Positions 30,704 through 39,724 of a stretch of DNA of 64,000 bases are shown here, one piece after another. Where the stretch lies: the IMG/VR virus record IMGVR_UViG_3300025881_000008, positions 1 to 64,000 of that record; one strand, written 5' to 3'. The notes under the pieces were generated by a model that had not been told where the DNA came from, ran no database searches, and saw only the letters and a list, made by a program, of their open reading frames with translations. Each line of letters opens with the position of its first letter. Positions within the stretch are counted from its first letter, which is position 1. Made by a program: the position numbers and the translations under genes. This DNA comes from a virus.

Positions 30704-31138
30704 TTAGAATAATTTCTTTATGTTTTTTCTCTTTAATATACCGGTGCGTAAATCTAATTCTTGAATTAAGTCCTCTTTGTAAACATTAGAAAGAGAGCTA
30801 TAAAATTTAGTTGGATTAATATCAAAATAAACACATAATTCACTAAAGATGTCTATGCGGCTGTTCTTAGCTACCATCTCGTCGATAATATATCCATAAA
30901 TATCATTAATATCTGATTTCTTAAGAGTGTTACATTTACCTAATTCATCAACCTTGTTAAAGACTTTGAATCTAGATATATTAATTAGCCTATGAATCTC
31001 TCTTGCGATTAATTCATAGTGGATCTTTTCCTCTTCGTCCTGCGAATCTTTTGTATTTGGATCTAACTCAAAGTTTATTTTGCCAAATTCTGTATCTGGT
31101 GATTCGAAATTATTATTAAAAATTTTATCTAGTGCCAT
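30704..31138 (-). CDS. Putative late transcription coactivator (gp33-like)
   Basis: RIDIFSELCVYFDI...LSNVYKEDL...KKLF resembles the gp33 helical core with a clamp-binding tail. Confidence 0.5.
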   Translation of the reverse strand: MALDKIFNNNFESPDTEFGKINFELDPNTKDSQDEEEKIHYELIAREIHRLINISRFKVFNKVDELGKCNTLKKSDINDIYGYIIDEMVAKNSRIDIFSELCVYFDINPTKFYSSLSNVYKEDLIQELDLRTGILKRKNIKKLF

Positions 31139-31140
31139 AA

Positions 31141-32457
31141 TTATATGCTGTGTAAGTTGGAGTTTGTTGTTTCTTCAGTTTCAATAAGGCGCATGTAGTT
31201 CCAATTAATATCTAATTTGCATTTAGTTCCTTTACCTTCACCGTCTCTGATCTTTAATACTTTTAACCAATATTCTGAATTAGCTCGCATTAAATCATCT
31301 TGAATAATACCTAACATAACATCTGCCGTATGTGAAAGACCCGCAGATTCTGCAATATCAGTCATACCGATATCTGATGAGTTATATCCATTTCTTGTAA
31401 TCTGTGTTGCTGTAACGATTAACCAATTATTACGAATACCCATTGCTCTAAGATCTTCTGCAATTTGCTTGATCTTCATATAAGTATTCTCTGTGTTTTG
31501 GTTTCTATAGTTAGCTAAGATGTTAATGTAGTCAATTATGACAGCACCCACCTTAATTTGTTTTTCTTCTTCAATTTGATTAACATATGCCTCAATATCC
31601 AATACAGTTGCCTGTGATGTTGGAAACTGCTTAACAAACAAAGAACCCGGAGGAGTTAGACCATCCCCAACTGTTTCTAATCGTCTTTTAATGTGATCTT
31701 TATTTCTGGCTTTTTCTGCATACTCATTAATATTAATAGTCAATAAGTTAGAACCAATACGCTTAACAAATTTATGTGCTGCCATCTCCGCTGTTACAAC
31801 TACTGTGTTTGTTCCCATTTTTACAAAGTTAGCAGCATCGTTGGCTAAATAAATTGACTTACCAATGTTTTGTTCACCTGCATAAACAATAAGGTTACCA
31901 CCCCTATCATAACCGCCGCCCAACATTCTGTCTAAGAAGTTATAACCTGTACTAACCTTCTCGGTGTCTTTTTGATCGTGAGCATCAACATCAAAGAAGT
32001 CAAGTCCTAGATCAGAATTAAATGATAAATTATTTCTATCATTAATAAGACCCTTTACTTTTGCAACAATACTATCTACGTTTTCTGGAGTTACTGCTGT
32101 TGTTTTAACAAATTCAACAGTGTCTGTTAATGATATTTCAAATGTGCGGTATTTGATCCATGATTCTGCAGTAGATGTTAACCACTCTTCATCAAATTGA
32201 TCTAAATCAACATCAAACACCAAGTTTAATATACCATCCGTAATCTTCTCTTTAGCCTTTTCACTTCTTTGAATTAGCATTGTCAACTGATCCTTCGTAG
32301 GAGTCTCGTTAAACCGCTCAAAGAATTTATTAGATAACTGACTTAGAATATCAATCTCCTGTGAAGTATAAAAGCCACTTTTAATGCTTTTTAGATATTT
32401 AGTTTTAACTAAAGATAATCTAAAAAATATTTTTTCAAAATCCTCTCCGAATTGCAT
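31141..32457 (-). CDS. gp41: Replicative DnaB-like helicase (gp41)
   Basis: NIGKS, TAEM, IIDYINI, TATQITR, AESAGL. Confidence 0.92.
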   Translation of the reverse strand: MQFGEDFEKIFFRLSLVKTKYLKSIKSGFYTSQEIDILSQLSNKFFERFNETPTKDQLTMLIQRSEKAKEKITDGILNLVFDVDLDQFDEEWLTSTAESWIKYRTFEISLTDTVEFVKTTAVTPENVDSIVAKVKGLINDRNNLSFNSDLGLDFFDVDAHDQKDTEKVSTGYNFLDRMLGGGYDRGGNLIVYAGEQNIGKSIYLANDAANFVKMGTNTVVVTAEMAAHKFVKRIGSNLLTININEYAEKARNKDHIKRRLETVGDGLTPPGSLFVKQFPTSQATVLDIEAYVNQIEEEKQIKVGAVIIDYINILANYRNQNTENTYMKIKQIAEDLRAMGIRNNWLIVTATQITRNGYNSSDIGMTDIAESAGLSHTADVMLGIIQDDLMRANSEYWLKVLKIRDGEGKGTKCKLDINWNYMRLIETEETTNSNLHSI

Positions 32458-32474
32458 ATATTTGTTTTATTACT

Positions 32475-33050
32475 TTATTGTTCTATGCGCATAGCGCCGT
32501 TTTGTTTCCCTAATGGTTCTTGTTGCCATAAGTTTATTGCAATAGCTTTTCTAGTGCCGCTGGTTACAGGAGTTACTGCATGTACATATTTGCCAGCATC
32601 AAATATAATTAGTCTGTTAGGTTTGGCATAAACAACTTCAGGTGCTTTATCAACACCTTCAGTATAAACCTCTAACATTCCACCTTCAAACTGATCTTGT
32701 TCTGGATAATACACTGTACCGATAACTGGTCTTACTATCTCACCCGTTTGAGCAAACAGCTCTTCGTCTTTATCATAGTGATTACCTAGGTTATTACTAA
32801 ACCCAGTCTCTGTATTTGCAGTTTGAATACCGGTCCAATACTCAAAGCCCATTAATGAAAACTTAGCAGTAATGGGACAGTTATCGGCCCAAATATAGTC
32901 TATAAGTCTTTGCTTAACTGTACGGGCTTCACTGTTCCACCATCCATTCCACCAGTAATAAACACCTGGATCGTTAAAAAACCTTGAATCAGAAGCTATA
33001 TCATTTAATAACTTCTGATCCTTTATAAAATTGTCTATGACTAATATCAT
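32475..33050 (-). CDS. 2OG-Fe(II) oxygenase (prolyl-hydroxylase-like)
   Basis: HYDKD, GGMLE, PNRLIIF, HAV, RKAIAINLW. Confidence 0.85.
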   Translation of the reverse strand: MILVIDNFIKDQKLLNDIASDSRFFNDPGVYYWWNGWWNSEARTVKQRLIDYIWADNCPITAKFSLMGFEYWTGIQTANTETGFSNNLGNHYDKDEELFAQTGEIVRPVIGTVYYPEQDQFEGGMLEVYTEGVDKAPEVVYAKPNRLIIFDAGKYVHAVTPVTSGTRKAIAINLWQQEPLGKQNGAMRIEQ

Positions 33051-33346
33051 TCAAATGGGTTTGTTTTTATTTTCCAAGATTCTTTACCTGGAACATCATG
33101 TAGTACTTCAACTAAATCTAGGTTAATTAGTTCTTCCATCGAAGTTTTTAAGTGGTCTTCGCTCGTTTCAGGAAACCTATATGTTTTAAGTGCATGCAAT
33201 GTGATATTACCTTTATGCCTATCTGGCATTCTAACACATAACTTAACCTCAGCTAAGAGAACATCTAATCCTGAAGGATAACCACCAATTTCAGCTTCTA
33301 CTCCTAGAATATACTTAATTGGAAGTTTATCTTCATTAATCTTCAT
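33047..33346 (-). CDS. Hypothetical protein (possible winged helix)
   Basis: Intact ORF; MEELINLDLVEV...WKI ending. Confidence 0.5.
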   Translation of the reverse strand: MKINEDKLPIKYILGVEAEIGGYPSGLDVLLAEVKLCVRMPDRHKGNITLHALKTYRFPETSEDHLKTSMEELINLDLVEVLHDVPGKESWKIKTNPFE

Positions 33347-34445
33347 CTGCTTCTAGTATTGCATCAATATCGATTTCACGCTCCTCTGTGTTATAATTAA
33401 AGAGGGGTTTAATACGTAGTTCGATTTTCTCTAGTACCTCTTGTGTAAATACCTTTTCTGTAAAGAATTCTGTATTCGGTACTGTTTCATCTAAGTGTTT
33501 ACATATCCAGTTTCTTGCAGTAGATTTAGGTATTTTTACACCCTTCTCAATAGTCCCCTTAGTAATACCAATTTCTTCCCAATCAATATATTGTTCAAGA
33601 CCAACATAACGGTTCATACCTTTAGAGAAATCTAAATGGAATTTAATATTGGTTGGTTTAGCAAAACGATTTTTGTTTGGTTTAGCCGTTACAATAATAC
33701 CTGATCTTTCACCACTAGAATCCTTAAGTTGTGCCTTATTTAAGAATAAAACAATAGAGGCCGCGTACTCTGGTCCTGTACCACCACCTGCAACTTGACG
33801 ACTAATAAAGTCTTGTGTTTGGTACGTGTGGTTTGTGAATAAGAATGGAATCTTAAGATCAGCCATTGGTGTCATAATGATTCGGAAGATAGACTTAAGT
33901 ACTTTAGAACGTGTCATATCTGATTTATCAGAACCTGATCTAGCATCATCGATTTCTTTTTGAGTTGCCAAGTTACCTGCAGAATCAAGAATAATCATGA
34001 TCTTTGGTACTTTACCACCTGCTGCTTTTGCTTCTTGCATTTTACCAGTAATTGTGGTAACTGAAGTTCTAAATTCCTGTACAGTGTTGATCGGTTGGTA
34101 GTTTACTTTACCGATATCAATTCCAAACTTAACCATAAGATCTTTATCTACAGCAGCTTCTGAATCATAGAATACTACGTTATATCCCATATCAATTGCT
34201 CGTTTAACCGAGTTTAAAATCAAATAAGTTTTACCAGTACCTGATGGTCCTGCAATCGAGCAGGTTCTACTGTTAGGCCATCCACCAAAAAGTGAACCAC
34301 TAACACATGCATTTAAGTGATAATTACCAGTGTCGATCCACTCAGTAACTTCACTAAATGTTGAAAATTCCATCACCGATCCTAGTGGATTTAAATCTTT
34401 TAACTCACTATTAATATCGTCAAAACTAAAGTCTTTCTTTGCCAT
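33336..34445 (-). CDS. uvsX: UvsX/RecA-like recombinase
   Basis: GPSGTGKT, YDSE, LDSAGNL, DMTR, NHTY, GGGTG. Confidence 0.93.
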   Translation of the reverse strand: MAKKDFSFDDINSELKDLNPLGSVMEFSTFSEVTEWIDTGNYHLNACVSGSLFGGWPNSRTCSIAGPSGTGKTYLILNSVKRAIDMGYNVVFYDSEAAVDKDLMVKFGIDIGKVNYQPINTVQEFRTSVTTITGKMQEAKAAGGKVPKIMIILDSAGNLATQKEIDDARSGSDKSDMTRSKVLKSIFRIIMTPMADLKIPFLFTNHTYQTQDFISRQVAGGGTGPEYAASIVLFLNKAQLKDSSGERSGIIVTAKPNKNRFAKPTNIKFHLDFSKGMNRYVGLEQYIDWEEIGITKGTIEKGVKIPKSTARNWICKHLDETVPNTEFFTEKVFTQEVLEKIELRIKPLFNYNTEEREIDIDAILEADED

Positions 34446-34493
34446 ATTGTTCTTTTATATTTTATGTTATATCGCCAAAAGACGATTTGTTTC

Positions 34494-34670
34494 TTATTGT
34501 TCTGGGAATTCTTGGCGCTCTTTAGCGCGAAGGTCGTTTAACTCTTGTAATATAGCACCAGCCTCTTGTTCTAGTTTATTAATTTTAGACTGTACTTCTG
34601 TTAGCCTATTTAAAATTTGATTATAGGCATCAACATACTCCTTTTGCTCTTGTGTTAAATTAACTTCCAT
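34494..34670 (-). CDS. Small coiled-coil hypothetical protein (58 aa)
   Basis: Hand-translated MEVNLTQEQKEYVDAYNQILNRLTEVQSKINKLEQEAGAILQELNDLRAKERQEFPEQ. Confidence 0.6.
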   Translation of the reverse strand: MEVNLTQEQKEYVDAYNQILNRLTEVQSKINKLEQEAGAILQELNDLRAKERQEFPEQ

Positions 34671-34827
34671 GATTAAACATATCTAATTGTCCTGGTAATT
34701 GCTCATCTGCAATCTCTTGGCTCTGAGCCTCTTTCATTTTCCAAACAAGTGATCTAACTTTGTTACCAAGATCCATATTGTTTGGGTTTTCTTTCTCTAA
34801 GAGATATAATATTTCTTTTAAGTCCAT
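34660..34827 (-). CDS. Small hypothetical protein (55 aa) with QLDMF motif
   Basis: Hand-translated MDLKEILYLLEKENPNNMDLGNKVRSLVWKMKEAQSQEIADEQLPGQLDMFNHGS. Confidence 0.6.
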   Translation of the reverse strand: MDLKEILYLLEKENPNNMDLGNKVRSLVWKMKEAQSQEIADEQLPGQLDMFNHGS

Positions 34828-34832
34828 TGTTT

Positions 34833-36041
34833 TTAAAATAATGCCGAAGCGTAAATTAGGTTAGTATCTAGTGTTTGGAGGCCGATGGCTGTCAGTACTC
34901 TGTTTAAAGGATCAATCATTGCCTTTTCAAATTGAGTATCGTAATCAACATGTGGCGCAATTTCATATGGATATTCATTTGGCATAAATGCGTAGACCTC
35001 ACTAATATTACCAATACAATTATAGATCTTTAGCTTTTCACCATTTTGAATGTGTTTATACTTATTCTTATACTTTTTATTATTATTTAAAATATAATTA
35101 TAGTAACCTGCTGCTTTTACGTTAGCTGGGCATTTTAGTCCAATCTGTAATTCTTTCTGATCGTCAATAATATATTGATCAATATTATTAGTTCTCTTAT
35201 TAAATGAAATATCATCAATATCTGCTAGCTTGAATTCCTTTTTACATTTTTTCATAAACTCAACCAGTTGTTGCAATTCTGTTGCCGTTGGTTGTATTTC
35301 TGATGTAAATAAAATTCTAAGACATTCTACTAATTTTTCTCTGGCAAATTTAGGAGTTGAAGACTGTATAGTATCAAAGCCGATGGTCTTTACTTTCTTA
35401 AGTGAAGGGTGCCTGTCAGTTACTTCTAGTTTATCATCCCATGCGATATTCTGAATGTACTTTTTCTTAGACATCCAAATACCATTATATGCTAAAGATT
35501 CAAGTTCAAATATAAGGAAGTTATCAGTGTTTCTTTTCTCTGCATATTTTTCCATACATTTACTAATATAATCTTTTAGTCTGAATGCATAGAACGCAAG
35601 AATAAACTCATCAATCTTCAGTTTCTTAGTTTCATCTGGCCATATAATAGATTCGTATAGATCTTGAAACTGTACGTAACATGAATCTGTATCAATGTAG
35701 ATTACCGCAGGTTTCTCAATTTTACCCTTTACTTTAATACCAAATTGTTCATGAACAGCAGTGTCTTTATGCCAGAAATCATTAACATACTTATTAAGAA
35801 TTATTTCTGAATAAAGAATAGCATTTTTACCCTGTTTGGTAATTGACTCAGCGATGTCAAGGTTAAAGAAGTGAAACCACTTGTTACCAAATGCACCGTA
35901 GATAGAGTTAAGAGTTAACTTAACCGCTTGCTCGTATGCAGTGTATTTGGCAGAAAGCTGCTTGTAGTGATCTACAAGCAGCTTCGCCTCATCATCTGTG
36001 AGTTGATCGATTGGTTTATTTTCTAACTCTTCGATTGTCAT
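34833..36041 (-). CDS. Family B DNA polymerase, C-terminal subunit (fingers-palm-thumb)
   Basis: Motif B KLTLNSIYG, motif C YIDTDS, KKKY. Confidence 0.92.
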   Translation of the reverse strand: MTIEELENKPIDQLTDDEAKLLVDHYKQLSAKYTAYEQAVKLTLNSIYGAFGNKWFHFFNLDIAESITKQGKNAILYSEIILNKYVNDFWHKDTAVHEQFGIKVKGKIEKPAVIYIDTDSCYVQFQDLYESIIWPDETKKLKIDEFILAFYAFRLKDYISKCMEKYAEKRNTDNFLIFELESLAYNGIWMSKKKYIQNIAWDDKLEVTDRHPSLKKVKTIGFDTIQSSTPKFAREKLVECLRILFTSEIQPTATELQQLVEFMKKCKKEFKLADIDDISFNKRTNNIDQYIIDDQKELQIGLKCPANVKAAGYYNYILNNNKKYKNKYKHIQNGEKLKIYNCIGNISEVYAFMPNEYPYEIAPHVDYDTQFEKAMIDPLNRVLTAIGLQTLDTNLIYASALF

Positions 36042-36044
36042 CTA

Positions 36045-36788
36045 TTAGGCTGTTTGGCAAGTTGAAATTGTCAACAAAGTGTGTGAATCATTTGATTCGA
36101 ATACAACTTTGGAATCTGACACATAAACTGTTTGCTCTTCCTTGTCTAATAGATTCAAATACTTCTTGTAAACAGTAACTTTACCGTTACCATTTGTATC
36201 TGGCGTAAGCACTACGTTAAATGACTTACCATTTACATTGATCCCCGCAACATCAGATTTGATACCGAATGTCTCATCCTTGTCCAATGAGAATAGATTT
36301 TTAACTTTACCAATTGAGTGTGTGTCCAATTTAAAGTCAAACTGTGAATCGGTTCGTGCGAAAATCGCATCGCGTTGCTCTTGTGAGAGATCTTTAAAGC
36401 CTAATGATGGCTCAGAACAAGATAGTGTAATTTCCAGTTCGTCATTAAAAATACGAAGTGTAGAAGCTACAAACTCTTCGTCATTCTCGATGAATTCCAA
36501 CTCACCTTTAATAGCATCATGCTCAAAGTGCTTGATGGCTTCAATAACTCGATTACCTTCAAAGAAAGCAATTTTCATCTCCTTGTCAGTGTCAGGCCAT
36601 TCGCTTACTTGAAAAATGGTATCAGCTTGAATAGAGTGGTGTTTTACAGCATCTCGTTGTGGAAGATAAACTGTTGATTGGATTTGACCATCTTTAATTT
36701 TCATATAAATGAAAGAGTCAATAAGTTTAACACGATTGATAAACTCTGTTAATGCATGTTGATCAATGCGATCGATTTGTAATTTCAT
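36045..36788 (-). CDS. gp45: Sliding clamp (gp45-like)
   Basis: 247 aa, two-domain beta-rich pattern, adjacent to the polymerase, replication-class promoter. Confidence 0.65.
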   Translation of the reverse strand: MKLQIDRIDQHALTEFINRVKLIDSFIYMKIKDGQIQSTVYLPQRDAVKHHSIQADTIFQVSEWPDTDKEMKIAFFEGNRVIEAIKHFEHDAIKGELEFIENDEEFVASTLRIFNDELEITLSCSEPSLGFKDLSQEQRDAIFARTDSQFDFKLDTHSIGKVKNLFSLDKDETFGIKSDVAGINVNGKSFNVVLTPDTNGNGKVTVYKKYLNLLDKEEQTVYVSDSKVVFESNDSHTLLTISTCQTA

Positions 36789-36820
36789 AAATTTATATTT
36801 TTAGATAATGATATTTGAAT

Positions 36821-36849
36821 ATTATACAGAGATCTGTGGAATAGTTTCA
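36821..36849 (-). promoter_or_regulatory. Replication-class promoter TGAAAC-N17-TATAAT upstream of the clamp gene (representative of ~10 copies)
   Basis: Same architecture upstream of the gp62-like, gp44, gp55, uvsX, dUTPase, DUF6378 and gp32 genes. Confidence 0.7.
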
Positions 36850-36862
36850 TTAAAAATGAAGC

Positions 36863-36946
36863 AAAAAAAGGGCAGAGATAGTAGCGAACTTTCTCTGCCC
36901 AACCCGTTAACTATAACGGTCCTAAGACGTGGTCTTTAAACCACAC
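36863..36946 (-). ncRNA. Structured 3'-UTR element / candidate small RNA with 23S rRNA H69-H70 complementarity, ending in an intrinsic terminator
   Basis: Three hairpins (36929-36944, 36904-36919, 36870-36900) plus U7. Plus strand 36908-36926 is TAACTATAACGGTCCTAAG and 36881-36891 is GTAGCGAACTT, matching 23S rRNA ~1911-1929 and ~1930-1940. Confidence 0.6.
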
Positions 36947-36951
36947 CTAAA

Positions 36952-38661
36952 TTATGCTTCGCAGCTTGCACATTCTAAAATATTTCTAGAAAATGATTGT
37001 GCTGAACTTTGACTAAATTGATAGTATAACGTTTTAACTCCTTGTTCATGTGCCTTTAAGTACAATTGATTGATATCTTTAGCAGAAACTGAAGGGTGAA
37101 TCATTAAATTAAGAGATTGAGACTGATCAATAAATTGTTGTCTTTGACCTGCTTGTAAAATTAATTCGCTTGGAGAGATTTCAATAAATGATTTAAAAAC
37201 TGCCCTTGTTGGAAAGTCTAGGTGTTGTACACTTCCATCTTTTTTCAAGATATCTTCCCAAACCGCAGGTGTATTTAAACCATATTTTTCTAATTCCTCT
37301 GTTAAGAATGGATTTTTGTAGATAGTTTTTGACTTAGCCAAATCTTTAATAAAATAATTAGATTTGATTGGTTCAATTCCCATACTTACAGCACCGTGAA
37401 TAAAAGAACTAGATTTAGTAGGTGCAATAGCAACTAATGTTGTATTAGCAAAACCTTTTCTAAGTGATCTATATCCTTTTTCGTCGTGGAGCCACATGGA
37501 AGCTGCATCAGTTTTTTCTTTAAGAGTTTTAAATATCTGGTAGTTTAATTGTTTTGCTTCCAAAGATTCAAATTCAATCAATTTAGATTGGAATAAAGAG
37601 TGGTAACCTAAAACACCAACGCCTAATGCTCTGTGTTGTTCTGCAAAACGGTGTGCTCTTGACATTCCTGGCATATTATATGACTTCTTAACGAATTCGT
37701 CCATAACTGCGTTTAAGAATAGAGTATAAGTCTCGATTGCGTCAGTGTCTTTTAATTCATCCCAATGTAGAAGATTAATAGAACCTAAACAACACACAAA
37801 TGAATTGAATGAATCTGTTGGTAATTGAATCTCACTACATAAATTAGATGCTGTGATTTCAAGACCTAGATCTTTATATGGTGAATTGTTATTTGTAGTA
37901 TCTTTAAACATAATGTATGGAAAACCAAACTCGTTACGTCTTTGGATAACTTTAGCCCATAATTTACGCTTGTCAGCATCTCCGGCTTTCATTTCTTCTA
38001 GCCATTGGTCAGTTACTGTAATACCATATTGAAGATTTTGAATTGGATTACCTTCTGTTCCCATATCTAAGAATTCAGATGCATCTGGGTGTTCAATTGG
38101 TAACCATGCTGCACATGCACCACGTCTAGCTTCTGATTGTTTACACACATCAACTGTAGTGTCATACATTCTTGCGTAGTGAACTGGACCATCTGCTGTT
38201 CCACCTGTAGAAATAGTAGCACCTCTTTCTCTAATATTACCTAAGAAAATTGAGGTTCCTCCGCCATATTTTGACATCATTCCAATTTCTCTACTTCCGT
38301 TCAAGATACTATCTAATGTGTCATCAACATTTGAACCATAACAACTGATTGGAAGTCCTTTGTCCTTTCCAAAGTTAATCCAAACCGGAGTAGACATGCT
38401 ATAAAAGCCTCTTGCCATGTAGTCTTCAAACTTCTTTGCAAAACCTTCAATCTTTAAATACTTTTCTGCGACATTTGCAATGTCTTTAATTCTTTGTTCT
38501 GGAGATTCTGTAATATAACCTCTTGATAAAAATAATCTACTTTCATCATTTAGCCAGTAATATTTTTCTCTGGTATTTATTAAATTTTCTTCTCTGTTCT
38601 CCGCGCGCGGAGTTTGTAAATCTTGCTCTTTTTCAGCAAGAACTTCACTGGCTTTTTCCAT
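36952..38661 (-). CDS. nrdA: Ribonucleotide reductase class I alpha subunit (no ATP cone)
   Basis: PISC, GGGT, RRGA, SNLCSEI, APT, KTLYY, C-terminal CASCE. Confidence 0.95.
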   Translation of the reverse strand: MEKASEVLAEKEQDLQTPRAENREENLINTREKYYWLNDESRLFLSRGYITESPEQRIKDIANVAEKYLKIEGFAKKFEDYMARGFYSMSTPVWINFGKDKGLPISCYGSNVDDTLDSILNGSREIGMMSKYGGGTSIFLGNIRERGATISTGGTADGPVHYARMYDTTVDVCKQSEARRGACAAWLPIEHPDASEFLDMGTEGNPIQNLQYGITVTDQWLEEMKAGDADKRKLWAKVIQRRNEFGFPYIMFKDTTNNNSPYKDLGLEITASNLCSEIQLPTDSFNSFVCCLGSINLLHWDELKDTDAIETYTLFLNAVMDEFVKKSYNMPGMSRAHRFAEQHRALGVGVLGYHSLFQSKLIEFESLEAKQLNYQIFKTLKEKTDAASMWLHDEKGYRSLRKGFANTTLVAIAPTKSSSFIHGAVSMGIEPIKSNYFIKDLAKSKTIYKNPFLTEELEKYGLNTPAVWEDILKKDGSVQHLDFPTRAVFKSFIEISPSELILQAGQRQQFIDQSQSLNLMIHPSVSAKDINQLYLKAHEQGVKTLYYQFSQSSAQSFSRNILECASCEA

Positions 38662-38686
38662 GTTGTGTGTTAAATATTTTTGTTAA

Positions 38687-39667
38687 TTAAAATAAATCGT
38701 CTTCGGTAATTGACTTGCTCTTCTTGTTATAGTCAACCTGCTTTTTATAGAAAAAATCACCCTCTTTAGTAGCTGTGATTTCTACATCGAACCATAGTGT
38801 TTTTTCTAGTTCGGTGAAATCAACATCAAATATTGGTTTCATTCCAATACGAGTTAGTGAATTATTAAATCTGTTTTGTATAAAATTCTTAATGGTATCC
38901 TTAGAAAGAAAGTCAAGCTCTCCTTTTTCAAAGATCCAATCAAGGATTTTAACTTCGGCTTCATATGCCTTTCTACACGCAGAATCAATAAGTTCTTCAA
39001 ACTCTTCATCAAACCATTCAGGGTTCTCTGCTTTAATTATATTGATTATTTCAGATCCAAAATTACCGTGAATTTCTTCTTCTTTAGATGTTGCCTCAAC
39101 TACATTTGAGATACCTTTGAATAGGTTTTTCTCTTTGTTGAAAGACATCATAATTAAGAATTGGCTAAATAAACTTACATGTTCAATAAATAATGAAAAT
39201 AGAAGTACTGATTTGGTGTACATTTTATCATCTCTACTTCTTGTACCGTCTAAATACTTTCTTAAATAAGCTATCCTGTCTTTGATAGCTGGAATTTCTA
39301 CAACATTTTGGAATTCTTTTTCCAAACCTAAAACTCTAAGTAATTGAGCGTATGCATCTTTGTGTCTTACTTCAGACTCTGCAAATGTCATACCAACATC
39401 ACCTACTTCGGTGATTGGCATTCTTTTATAAAGATCTGCCCAAAAAGTTTTAACATTAACTTCAATTTGAGCAATAGCTAACATCGCTCTCTTAATTACT
39501 TCTCTCTCTTGTTTAGAAATTTTTGTCTTGAAGTCGTCAATATCTGTGGTAAAATTAAATTCAGTGTGGATCCAGTATGAGTGTCTAATAGCGTCTTTAT
39601 AAGCTAATAGTTGTGGATATTCGTATGGTAGGATATTAACCCTTGGTGCAAAAATGTTCTTATTCAT
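38687..39667 (-). CDS. nrdB: Ribonucleotide reductase class I beta subunit
   Basis: ESEVRHKDAY, EHVSLFSQF, KEEEIHG, DFF, C-terminal EDDLF. Confidence 0.95.
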   Translation of the reverse strand: MNKNIFAPRVNILPYEYPQLLAYKDAIRHSYWIHTEFNFTTDIDDFKTKISKQEREVIKRAMLAIAQIEVNVKTFWADLYKRMPITEVGDVGMTFAESEVRHKDAYAQLLRVLGLEKEFQNVVEIPAIKDRIAYLRKYLDGTRSRDDKMYTKSVLLFSLFIEHVSLFSQFLIMMSFNKEKNLFKGISNVVEATSKEEEIHGNFGSEIINIIKAENPEWFDEEFEELIDSACRKAYEAEVKILDWIFEKGELDFLSKDTIKNFIQNRFNNSLTRIGMKPIFDVDFTELEKTLWFDVEITATKEGDFFYKKQVDYNKKSKSITEDDLF

Positions 39668-39724
39668 ACAGTTAGTTTATTTTAGTAATTTATATATCGG
39701 TTAGTGGTTGAGGGTATTGGTAAT

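Noticed and set aside
36881-36926. I-CeuI site as cloning-vector contamination, or a true rRNA gene fragment
   Set aside because: The site is not contiguous: the halves are swapped and embedded in phage hairpins between intact nrdA and clamp genes, with no vector or further rRNA sequence seen around it.
38687-38705. NrdB C-terminal DDLF as a clamp-binding tail
   Set aside because: Acidic-aromatic C-termini are the normal NrdA-binding tail of class I beta subunits.
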